In this document: positions 9,514 through 17,241 of the stretch, in pieces
Layout of the letters: the number at the start of each line of letters is the position of its first letter
Position numbering within the stretch: position 1 is the first letter of the stretch
Assembly (NCBI GenBank): GCA_018725565.1
Contig: QLUR01000006.1
Coordinates: forward strand, 7,902-71,901
From: Bacillota bacterium
GTDB taxonomy: Bacteria; Bacillota; Dethiobacteria; Dethiobacterales; Dethiobacteraceae
Direction: 5' to 3'
DNA: 64,000 nt
Made by a program: the position numbers and the translations under genes
Notes under the pieces: model-generated
What the model was told of the DNA's origin: nothing
The model's database searches: none
The model's input: only the letters and a program-made list of their open reading frames with translations

Positions 9514-11607
9514 TCAGGGGATACGGAACTCCACATCAACGACGCTGTCTTTCTCCACCAGTGTAAACGGTGCCGGCGACTGCCTGAAGGCCACTCCCGA
9601 GCCGCTGACATTCATTTGCAGGCCCAGCCATCCCAGAACCTCCCCCGCCTCGCGCATTGTTTTACCGGTCAAGTCCGGTACGGTAACCTGCTCTCCCGGA
9701 CTCCCCTCTCCCAAATAAACCAGAATCTGCGTATGCAGCGGCACCCTGGCTCCGGGCTTTGGCGTCTGGTTACGGATCACACCGCCGCTGCCGACCAGTC
9801 TCACCAACAGGCCGGCAGGCTCCAGGCGCTCGCTTGCCTCAGCCAGCGTCAGGTTCAGCAGGTCCGGCACCACAACCATATCAGGCGCTGCGCCGGCCTC
9901 TGCCCTGCTAGGCGCTACACCCAGGTACTTTAGTACATCGCCGATAATTTTGCGGAACATGGGAGCTGAAACCTGGGAACCCCACTGCGGACCCCGCTGC
10001 GGAGCGTCAACCGCTACATAGAGAAGAAACCTGGGCTCATCCAGCGGTGCAAAGCCTACAAAAGACAGAATGTATTCCCCTTCCACGTAACGCCCTCCGG
10101 GACCTACTTTTTGCGCGGTCCCTGTTTTACCGGCAATTGTGTACCCCTCCAGGTAGGCATTTCTGCCGCTGCCCTCGGTGATGACCAGCTCCATGATGCG
10201 CGCCACTTCCCGGGCTGTGCGGGTTGAAACAACCCGTCGCACCATTTCCGGTTCTTTCCTGGACAGCACCTTTCCTTCCCTGGTCCGGATTTCCCTGACC
10301 AGATACGGTCTCATCAGGTAGCCCCCGTTGGCAATGGCGGCAATCGCAGCCACCTGTTGGATCGGAGTTACCGAGACTCCCTGACCGAAGGTGGTAGTTG
10401 CCGCTTCCACCGGGCCAAACTGCTGCGGGGTAAACAGAAGGCCTCTCCCCTCACCAGGTGCGTCGATGCCGGTCCGTTCCCCAAAGCCGAAGCTGCGGAC
10501 ATACTGCAGCAGCCTTTCTGCGCCAATACGCTGCCCCAGCGTTACAAAACCGGGATTGCAGGAACCAAGCACCACCCCGGTAAAATCAATAGCACCGTGC
10601 CCGCCCCTGTACCGTGTCCAGCAACCCATGCGCCGCCCTGCCACAGTAATCGAACCTGAACAGTAAAAAGCCTCCTCAGCCCGAAATTTGCCTTCTTCAA
10701 GTGCCGCCGCCAGTGTAACCAGCTTAAATGTTGAACCCGGTTCAAAAGTATTGCTGATGGGAGAGATTTGCCAGGTTTCCTTTGGAAATTCAGCGAACCT
10801 GTTAGGGTCAAAATCCGGCCTGGCAGCCATGGCCAACACTTCACCCGAACGCGGGTCCAGAGCAACCGCCATAATGCTTTTTGGCTCCAGCTCCATCATC
10901 ACCCGGTCCATTTCCCGCTCAACAATAAACTGAATTGTCTGATCAATCGTTAAAAATAAATCACTGCCGTCCTCCGGAGGAATAAACCGTTGAATCCCCT
11001 GCGGTATTTGGCGCCCTCTGCCGTCCGCCTGGAACTCGATCCGGCCATCGCGGCCCCGCAATTCCTCATCGTAGGTTAGCTCTATCCCCCCCCATCCCTG
11101 TTCAATGCCAACAAAGCCCAGCAACTGAGAAGCCAGGCGCCCGTGCGGATAAAAACGTCTTGGCTCCTGGGAAAAGGTAATTCCATCGAGTTCCAGCCTG
11201 CGTACTGCCTGGGCCGTTTCCTCGTCAACCAGCCTTTTTAAGTAAACTGAAAAGTTACTCTTGTTAACAAGCCGGTAAATTTGCTCCTCCTCAATGCCCA
11301 GCACCGGCGCCAATAAGCGCGCTGTTTTTCCCTTGTCAGTAATTTGGGCTGGCAAAGCAACTACCGACTCAGCGCCGGCGCTGCCGGCCATCAGCCGGCC
11401 TTCCCGGTCAAATATCGCCCCCCGGGGTGCTCGTGCCGGAACACCACGGTTCCACTGCTCCCAGGCCTTGGCCTCCAACTCTCCGGCCAGTACCAGTTGA
11501 ATATAGCCCAATCTCAGGACCAATAGCAAAAGAAGTCCGGCCAGCACAACCAAAAGAACAGCCAACCTTCTTTTTACCGCGAGGTGCGTAACCTGGACTT
11601 TGCCCAA
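9514..11607 (-). CDS. class B penicillin-binding protein (PBP2B/SpoVD type) with two C-terminal PASTA domains
   Basis: 697 aa, N-terminal membrane anchor, transpeptidase motifs STFK, SCN, KTGTA; two ~60-aa PASTA-like repeats (VVVPDLLNLTL..., VTVPDLTGKTM...). Confidence 0.9.
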   Translation of the reverse strand: MGKVQVTHLAVKRRLAVLLVVLAGLLLLLVLRLGYIQLVLAGELEAKAWEQWNRGVPARAPRGAIFDREGRLMAGSAGAESVVALPAQITDKGKTARLLAPVLGIEEEQIYRLVNKSNFSVYLKRLVDEETAQAVRRLELDGITFSQEPRRFYPHGRLASQLLGFVGIEQGWGGIELTYDEELRGRDGRIEFQADGRGRQIPQGIQRFIPPEDGSDLFLTIDQTIQFIVEREMDRVMMELEPKSIMAVALDPRSGEVLAMAARPDFDPNRFAEFPKETWQISPISNTFEPGSTFKLVTLAAALEEGKFRAEEAFYCSGSITVAGRRMGCWTRYRGGHGAIDFTGVVLGSCNPGFVTLGQRIGAERLLQYVRSFGFGERTGIDAPGEGRGLLFTPQQFGPVEAATTTFGQGVSVTPIQQVAAIAAIANGGYLMRPYLVREIRTREGKVLSRKEPEMVRRVVSTRTAREVARIMELVITEGSGRNAYLEGYTIAGKTGTAQKVGPGGRYVEGEYILSFVGFAPLDEPRFLLYVAVDAPQRGPQWGSQVSAPMFRKIIGDVLKYLGVAPSRAEAGAAPDMVVVPDLLNLTLAEASERLEPAGLLVRLVGSGGVIRNQTPKPGARVPLHTQILVYLGEGSPGEQVTVPDLTGKTMREAGEVLGWLGLQMNVSGSGVAFRQSPAPFTLVEKDSVVDVEFRIP

Positions 11608-11625
11608 AAGCTCCCCCTCCCACTC

Positions 11626-12036
11626 TTAATTTCCGGCCCCCGTAATTCGTTCTGCAGTAAGGATTACCACTTGTGCCTGAGCAGGATACTGCAGCCCGAT
11701 CTCTTCGAGGGCGATTTTTTCCAGACGTTCCGGCGAGCGGAGAGACGCTGACTCTAATTTTAAATGCTGGCCGGCATCCTGTAAAGCACGCAATTCTCCG
11801 GTACGCGCCTCCAGCCGGTAGTTGAGCTGTACCACAGCAGCACTCAGGGAAACCAGGACAACGGCAAGGATTGCCACCAGCACAGCCATGCCAAGCATCC
11901 GCAATTTGCTTGCGGCCAGGCGTGCCTGATCTTGTTTTCTCGCAAATGCTTTTTTCCTGGTGCTCTGCAAATCATAGTAAGAATGTACTGGCAATGCTTT
12001 TGCGGTTACAGACAACTTATTCACCAGTCCTTTCAT
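11626..12036 (-). CDS. ftsL: cell division protein FtsL-like (single TM + coiled coil)
   Basis: 136 aa, one TM helix (MLGMAVLVAILAVVLVSL) then heptad-like region; conserved position between rsmH and PBP. Confidence 0.7.
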   Translation of the reverse strand: MKGLVNKLSVTAKALPVHSYYDLQSTRKKAFARKQDQARLAASKLRMLGMAVLVAILAVVLVSLSAAVVQLNYRLEARTGELRALQDAGQHLKLESASLRSPERLEKIALEEIGLQYPAQAQVVILTAERITGAGN

Positions 12037-12985
12037 CTAGAACTTTGACAGCGGCCCGGAGCCTGGCGCTGCGCGCACGCGGGTTGCGCGCCACCTCCTC
12101 CGCCGTCGGCCGGAGGGCCTTTCCTGTCAGGAGCAAGATTTGCGGTTTCCATCCGCAGCTGCATTGCGGGAGGCCCGGAGGACACTGGCAGCAGCCTGCG
12201 GCGCGCTGGAATTTCTTTTTCACCAAACGGTCCTCCAGGGAGTGAAAGGTAATGACCGCCAAGCGTCCGCCGGGCCTTAGAACCCGAAGAGCATCATCAA
12301 GCGCCTGCTCCAGAGCCGCCAGCTCATCGTTTACCGCGATGCGCAGCGCCTGAAAGGTGCGCCGGGCCGGATGATTACCGTGCCTGCGGGCTTTGGCCGG
12401 GATCGCAGCCTTAATGGTTTCAACAAGTTCCGTCGTAGTACGGATAGGTCCGCTGCGTTGCCTGCGGGTCACGATGAATTCAGCTATCCGCCTGGCCCAC
12501 AGTTCTTCGCCAAAATCCCTGATAATCCGGGTCAGTTCCTCCGTCGATGACTCGTTGACCAGCTGGGCAGCCGTAATTCCTCCGTTACGGTCCATACGCA
12601 TATCGAGCGCAGCATCGGCATGGTAGGAAAAACCGCGCTCTCCCTCATCAAGCTGGTAACTGGAAACCCCAGCATCTAACAGGACCCCGTCCACCTTCTC
12701 CAGGCCAAGCGAAGCAAGAATACTTTTCAGATAACGGAAATTATCCTGGACAAATACCACCGTTTCTCCCAAGTGCTGCAACCGCCTGGACGCCGCCGCC
12801 ACGGCCTCCCTGTCTCTGTCAATTGCCACCAGTTTCCCGTCAGGACTGATGCGGGAGGCAATCTCCAGGCTGTGGCCGCCGCCTCCCACCGTACAGTCTA
12901 CAAAGATACCCCCCGGCTGCGGTTGCAGGATTTCCAACACTTTCTCGAGAAGAACCGGTTCGTGAACAAATTGCATTTGTCTCAC
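12017..12985 (-). CDS. rsmH: 16S rRNA (cytosine1402-N4)-methyltransferase
   Basis: 322 aa, HEPVLL...DCTVGGGGHS...SFHSLEDR motifs; follows mraZ. Confidence 0.92.
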   Translation of the reverse strand: MRQMQFVHEPVLLEKVLEILQPQPGGIFVDCTVGGGGHSLEIASRISPDGKLVAIDRDREAVAAASRRLQHLGETVVFVQDNFRYLKSILASLGLEKVDGVLLDAGVSSYQLDEGERGFSYHADAALDMRMDRNGGITAAQLVNESSTEELTRIIRDFGEELWARRIAEFIVTRRQRSGPIRTTTELVETIKAAIPAKARRHGNHPARRTFQALRIAVNDELAALEQALDDALRVLRPGGRLAVITFHSLEDRLVKKKFQRAAGCCQCPPGLPQCSCGWKPQILLLTGKALRPTAEEVARNPRARSARLRAAVKVLDERTGE

Positions 12986-13021
12986 CTCTGCAAATACAGG
13001 TGCGACCCTGCATTCCCGCTT

Positions 13022-13453
13022 TTACAGTTCTATTTCCATGATATTTTCAGCGATTGCCGCTATATTTTCCCCAGTTTCCGACCTGTATTTCTGCCAGACA
13101 TCTGAACTCCAGACTTCTACCCGTATGGCAACGCCCGTGATAACAACATCTCTTTCCAGCCGGGCATACTCCCGCAAAGCAGCCGGCATCAGTATTCGTC
13201 CCTGCCTGTCAATCTCGCATTCCGCAGCGCCGGAAAAGAAGAAGCGCTGAATGGCGCGGGCATCCGCCCTGGTCGAAGGCAAAGATTTGAGTTTCTTCTG
13301 CAAAGCCTCCCATTCCGACAACGGATAAAAAAACACGCAATTGTCCAAGCCGCGGGTGGCAATAAACCGTTCTCCCAATCCCTCCCGCAGCTTGACAGGA
13401 ATAATCAGGCGGCCTTTTTCATCAAGGCTATGTTGATATTCACCAATAAACAA
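13022..13453 (-). CDS. mraZ: transcriptional regulator MraZ
   Basis: ORF 13022..13477; two SpoVT/AbrB-like halves ([18 protein letters not shown]); start set to TTG 13451-13453 (LFIGEY...) 6 nt after GGGAGGG. Confidence 0.9.
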   Translation of the reverse strand: MFIGEYQHSLDEKGRLIIPVKLREGLGERFIATRGLDNCVFFYPLSEWEALQKKLKSLPSTRADARAIQRFFFSGAAECEIDRQGRILMPAALREYARLERDVVITGVAIRVEVWSSDVWQKYRSETGENIAAIAENIMEIEL

Positions 13454-13534
13454 GGGTATCCCTCCCTTGCACTCCACTCTACACCATTTTAAACCACTTG
13501 CACAACATGTTCTGCGTTAATTTTAATATTCCTT

Positions 13535-13575
13535 CTGATAAAAATAAAAAAGACAGGATTTTTTCCTGTCTTTTA
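13535..13575 (-). terminator. intrinsic terminator downstream of the small Zn-ribbon ORF
   Basis: AAAGACAGG-loop-CCTGTCTTT hairpin (13549-13574); on the minus strand it is followed by TTTTTTATTTTT. Confidence 0.75.
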
Positions 13576-13586
13576 CCAGAAACCGT

Positions 13587-13772
13587 TTAGATCGTAAGAG
13601 CTATTAACTTTTTTTCTCTCTCAAAACAAGGGGTCAGGACCCGGCCACCGCACCTCGGACAGAACACCTGGCACGTAATCAATTCCACGGCTTGAGAGTA
13701 TTTCGCACCCATGAGACCCTGTAACCCGCAACTAAGACACAGGAACTCAACGCTGTCGCCCTCTCTCTCCAT
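13587..13772 (-). CDS. small hypothetical protein with CxxC...CxxxCxxC (zinc-ribbon-like)
   Basis: 61 aa ORF with AAGGAGG SD 7 nt before the ATG and its own terminator; Cys pattern LSCGL...CQVFCPRCGG; no family recognised. Confidence 0.5.
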   Translation of the reverse strand: MEREGDSVEFLCLSCGLQGLMGAKYSQAVELITCQVFCPRCGGRVLTPCFEREKKLIALTI

Positions 13773-13950
13773 GAGCCGCCTCCTTAGAGGTTTGATCAGG
13801 CAATGTTAACAGAATGTTAACCTCCTGTTAGTGTTATATTCTTTCCCCCTTGATTTTTCCCTGCCGCGTAGAAAATTTTTAAAATTTTATTTAAATTATT
13901 TTGCCTGCGCTGCCCTGCTTTATACATCTTTTAACAACTTTCCAAAAATC

Positions 13951-14451
13951 TTAAAGCCATTCCTCCACCATTTGGCGCATTTCCTGTTCCCCTAGCGCCC
14001 CGACACGGATCTGGCGGATGACACCATCACTGTCAAGCAGGAATGTTTTAGGGATAAAGCGCACTTCATAAAGCCGGCCAACCAGGCCGTCATCTTTCAG
14101 CACCGGAAAAGTATAGCCGTTTTGCGCAACAAACTCCCTGGCCAAAGCAGGCAGGTCGTTTACATTGACGGCAAGTACAACAAACCCATCTTGCCGCAGG
14201 TCTTCATAGAGCCGCTGCATTACCGGCATTTTCTCCCTGCAGGGCGGACAGGCAGCCGACCAAAAATTAAGCAACACCACCCGGCCCCGCAGCTCCCGAA
14301 GGCTGACACCGCCGCCGCTGTTCAAATAGCCCAGCGTAAAGTCCGGGGCTTCCCGCCCCAAAGTTAAACCGCTGCCACGCAGCTGCGACAGCAAAGGAAC
14401 AGCCAGAACCACAACAAGTATAGCCAATATGGCAGGCAGTAATTTTTTCAT
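13951..14451 (-). CDS. membrane-anchored thiol-disulfide oxidoreductase, TlpA/ResA family
   Basis: 166 aa, N-terminal TM/signal anchor, thioredoxin fold with WSAACPPCR active site. Confidence 0.85.
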   Translation of the reverse strand: MKKLLPAILAILVVVLAVPLLSQLRGSGLTLGREAPDFTLGYLNSGGGVSLRELRGRVVLLNFWSAACPPCREKMPVMQRLYEDLRQDGFVVLAVNVNDLPALAREFVAQNGYTFPVLKDDGLVGRLYEVRFIPKTFLLDSDGVIRQIRVGALGEQEMRQMVEEWL

Positions 14452-14475
14452 CCTGTCCTCCGGCTTGAGATTTTC

Positions 14476-15162
14476 TTAATATGTTAAAGTAGCCAAATGT
14501 GTCAGCAAGCCAAAAAACACGGCTATCCCGACAGCAACCATAAACAGGCCGAAAATACGTTGTATGTGCGGCAACCACACATTAAAGCGCCCGACCCAGC
14601 GCCCCGTCTGCTCCACCAGCAGCGCCGCCAGCAGATAAGGCAATGCCAGTCCCAAAGCAAAGGCGGCAAGCAACAGCGGTCCGCCGCCTGTTGCCGCCGT
14701 CAGCAGCAAAATGCTGGCCAGCGCAGGACCGATACAGGGTGTCCAGCCGGCGGCAAAAGCCATACCCATCAGCAAAGAGGTGCCCGGCCCGGCAGTTTTC
14801 GGCAGATAACGGACGCGCCGCTCTCTGCCCAGCAGTGCCGGTCTGAAAACACCAGCGAGATAAAGACCGAAAAAAATAATCACACTGCCCGCCAGACGCT
14901 GCAGCACAAGGCCCCAGGCAGCGAAAAACGCGGCAAACCAACTGGCCAGCAACCCCAGCAACAGAAAAACGAGACTAAATCCGGTCACAAAGTTTATGCT
15001 GTTAAACAGCGCCCTGTTTTTGACCGGCCTGCCATCTTCACCAGCAGCAGAGCTGCAAAGGAAGCCCAGGTACAGCGGCAACAACGGCAACTGGCACGGT
15101 GAAAAAAAAGAAACTATCCCTGCGACAAACGACACAAGGACTATCAGACTTCCCTGCTCCAT
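14476..15162 (-). CDS. ccdA: cytochrome c biogenesis / thiol-reductant transporter CcdA (DsbD family)
   Basis: 228 aa, 6 TM, FSPCQLPLLPLY and WTPCIGP motifs; adjacent to ResA-like gene. Confidence 0.85.
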   Translation of the reverse strand: MEQGSLIVLVSFVAGIVSFFSPCQLPLLPLYLGFLCSSAAGEDGRPVKNRALFNSINFVTGFSLVFLLLGLLASWFAAFFAAWGLVLQRLAGSVIIFFGLYLAGVFRPALLGRERRVRYLPKTAGPGTSLLMGMAFAAGWTPCIGPALASILLLTAATGGGPLLLAAFALGLALPYLLAALLVEQTGRWVGRFNVWLPHIQRIFGLFMVAVGIAVFFGLLTHLATLTY

Positions 15163-15194
15163 AATACTCCCTCCGGGTATAGGTATCCGTCTCT

Positions 15195-15223
15195 ATTATC
15201 TGCCCGGCAAAGCTTTTTGTCAA
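15195..15223 (-). promoter_or_regulatory. sigma-A type promoter for ccdA-resA
   Basis: minus strand TTGACA (15218-15223) - 17 nt - GATAAT (15195-15200), ~30 nt upstream of ccdA start. Confidence 0.6.
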
Positions 15224-15287
15224 TTCTGTTTTCTAAGCAGTTAGCTTCACATGATGGCCTGTGCATTTACACTGTGTTTTTTAAGTG

Positions 15288-16637
15288 TCAGGTCAGGTAG
15301 CGCATAAATATCGAAGCAATCGAGAAATAAATCAGTAACCCGGTTGCATCCTTAATTGATGTGACAAGGGGTCCTGAGCCATATGCCGGATCAATGCCGG
15401 TCCGGTTGAAAAAAAGCGGAACCAGCGTTCCCACCACCGTACCAACCGTTACAGTAGCAAACATAGCTGCACCGACTACCAGGCCGAGGACCGGCAGCTG
15501 CTGCCACAACGCCGCGGCCAGGCCGACCGTCAGGCCGCAGACAGCACCCATTGTCAGACCTACGCGAGCCTCCCGGAAAAAATAACGGAGTTGTTCTTCC
15601 TTTTTTATCTCGCCTACCGCCACGCCGCGCACAAAAACAGTGGATGCCTGGGTGGCCGAGTTGCCCCCCATATCCATAATGACCGGGATAAACATGGCCA
15701 GAACGACCACGGTCTGGATGGCTTCAGCGAAAGCACCGACAATGCTGCCGGAAACCAGCCCGGCAAACAGGGTGATAATCAGCCATGGCAGGCGTTTGGC
15801 AATAATGCTGGCCACAGGGGCCTCCATCAGGTTCACATGCTCGATTTCCGTGGCCCCGATCCGGCGGTAAAGATCTTCCGTAGCCTCCTGTTCGACAACA
15901 TCAAGGATATCGTCAACCGTAATAATGCCAAGCAACCTTTGCCGGTTGTCAACAACCGGAACAGCCAGCAGGTCATATTTAGAGACTATCTTGGCCACTT
16001 CCTCCTGGTCCATTTCCGCCGGGACGCTGATAACATTCCTGCGCATGATTTCAGAGAGCTTTGTGCCGTCGGCGGCGGAAATCAGCTCGCGCAGGGATAG
16101 AACCCCGCTCAGCCTTGTTTCTTCATCTACGACGTAAACGTAATAAACTGTTTCCGCCTCGGTCGCAATCTCCCGCAGCCGGCGGATCGCCTCCTCCACC
16201 AGCATTGCCCCGGGGAAAGCAATAAACTCAGTGGTCATAATACCACCGGCCGATTCCTCCGGGTATTTCAGCAGCACGCGGATTTCCTCCGCATCTTCCT
16301 CGATCAGCGTAAGCAATTCCTTGGCGTCCTTCGCCGGCAACTCGCTGATCAGGTCGGCCGCGTCGTCAGTTGACATTTCCTTTAAAATGGCAGAAGCGCG
16401 CTGCTTGCTGAGCAACTGGAACAAAACGACCTGGTCGATTTCCTCCATCTCCTGGATGACCAGAGCCGCTTCCTCATCGCTCAGTAAGGCAAACAATTCC
16501 TTTTTTTCTTCGTCAGTCAGGTCGGCGACAATTTCGGCAAAATCGCTGGGATGCAAAGTAGCGAAAAATTCCTGCAGATTGGTGTCACGTTCCTTGATCA
16601 TCTGCAAAATCCGCTGCAGTGTTTTCTGTATAGACAA
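15288..16637 (-). CDS. mgtE: magnesium transporter MgtE
   Basis: 449 aa: N-domain, tandem CBS (VISVPAEMDQEE..., VVDNRQRLLGIITVDD), C-terminal 5-TM MgtE channel domain. Confidence 0.92.
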   Translation of the reverse strand: MSIQKTLQRILQMIKERDTNLQEFFATLHPSDFAEIVADLTDEEKKELFALLSDEEAALVIQEMEEIDQVVLFQLLSKQRASAILKEMSTDDAADLISELPAKDAKELLTLIEEDAEEIRVLLKYPEESAGGIMTTEFIAFPGAMLVEEAIRRLREIATEAETVYYVYVVDEETRLSGVLSLRELISAADGTKLSEIMRRNVISVPAEMDQEEVAKIVSKYDLLAVPVVDNRQRLLGIITVDDILDVVEQEATEDLYRRIGATEIEHVNLMEAPVASIIAKRLPWLIITLFAGLVSGSIVGAFAEAIQTVVVLAMFIPVIMDMGGNSATQASTVFVRGVAVGEIKKEEQLRYFFREARVGLTMGAVCGLTVGLAAALWQQLPVLGLVVGAAMFATVTVGTVVGTLVPLFFNRTGIDPAYGSGPLVTSIKDATGLLIYFSIASIFMRYLT

Positions 16638-16658
16638 CTAAAGCACCTCCACGACATT

Positions 16659-16952
16659 CTAACTGATGTATTTGCCGAGCAACCGCATGACTTCCTCGAC
16701 GAATTCTTCTCTTTCGCCTTCCGCGATCGTATTTTCCAGGCAACGGCGAAAATGGGTCTGAAAAACAATGACACCCGTTTTGTTTACAGCGGCTTTTACC
16801 GCGGCAATCTGCATCAAAACCTCGGCACAGGGTTGTTCATCGTCAATCATCTTGCGGATACCTCTGATTTGCCCCTCAATCCTGCGCAAACGGTTGATAA
16901 TCTGCCGTCGCTCCTGCATAACCGGCGCACCTGCCCCTTGCTGAATTCTCAT
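16659..16952 (-). CDS. CsoR/RcnR (DUF156) family metal- or persulfide-sensing repressor
   Basis: 97 aa, RLRRIEGQIRGIRKMI helix, Cys in PCAEVL plus H-x3-C in THFRRC (x-C-H-C fingerprint of Cu(I)-CsoR); GAGGAG SD. Confidence 0.85.
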   Translation of the reverse strand: MRIQQGAGAPVMQERRQIINRLRRIEGQIRGIRKMIDDEQPCAEVLMQIAAVKAAVNKTGVIVFQTHFRRCLENTIAEGEREEFVEEVMRLLGKYIS

Positions 16953-17185
16953 AAAATTATATCTCCTCTGTTAGCTTTTTACAACCTAAAAAAACAATAA
17001 AAAACCCCCCACTATGCCGTGGACCGTCAGTTTTGAACTGCTCTCCCCACAAGTGGGTGCCCTCCTGATTACTTTACAAGTCCTCCGCAGAGGCGTGTGC
17101 GCCGCAACCAGAGACAGGCTCCCCTAAACAAAGTGTTAGCTCAAAACTTTACGGGTAGTTCACAAACATAGCAGGGTGCTTTTGC
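16953..17185 (-). promoter_or_regulatory. ~230-nt structured 5' leader of csoR-like/mgtE operon (attenuator or riboswitch candidate)
   Basis: lies between a near-consensus promoter (17192-17220) and the csoR-like RBS; contains a long imperfect hairpin followed by U6AUUGU7 only ~36 nt before the start codon. Confidence 0.5.
16988..17075 (-). terminator. terminator-like hairpin + U-tract inside the csoR-like leader
   Basis: minus strand CACCCACUUGUGG...CCACGGCAUAGUGGGGGG followed by UUUUUUAUUGUUUUUUU (plus-strand A-run 16988-17004). Confidence 0.5.
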
Positions 17186-17191
17186 AGCTTC

Positions 17192-17220
17192 ATTATAGCA
17201 TATTTCTTCGACAATAACAA
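17192..17220 (-). promoter_or_regulatory. strong extended -10 sigma-A promoter
   Basis: minus strand TTGTTA (17215-17220) - 17 nt - TGCTATAAT (-10 at 17192-17197), immediately after aspS stop. Confidence 0.7.
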
Positions 17221-17241
17221 GTGGCACCGCGCCGCAGCCCG

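Noticed and set aside
16953-17185. M-box (ykoK) Mg2+ riboswitch, expected because mgtE is downstream.
   Set aside because: The conserved M-box blocks as I remember them (GGGUCAACAG, GCCAUACAGUGCUAAAGCUCUACG) are not present on the minus strand. Only a weak UUUAGGGGAGCCU resemblance exists. The region is kept as an unassigned leader.
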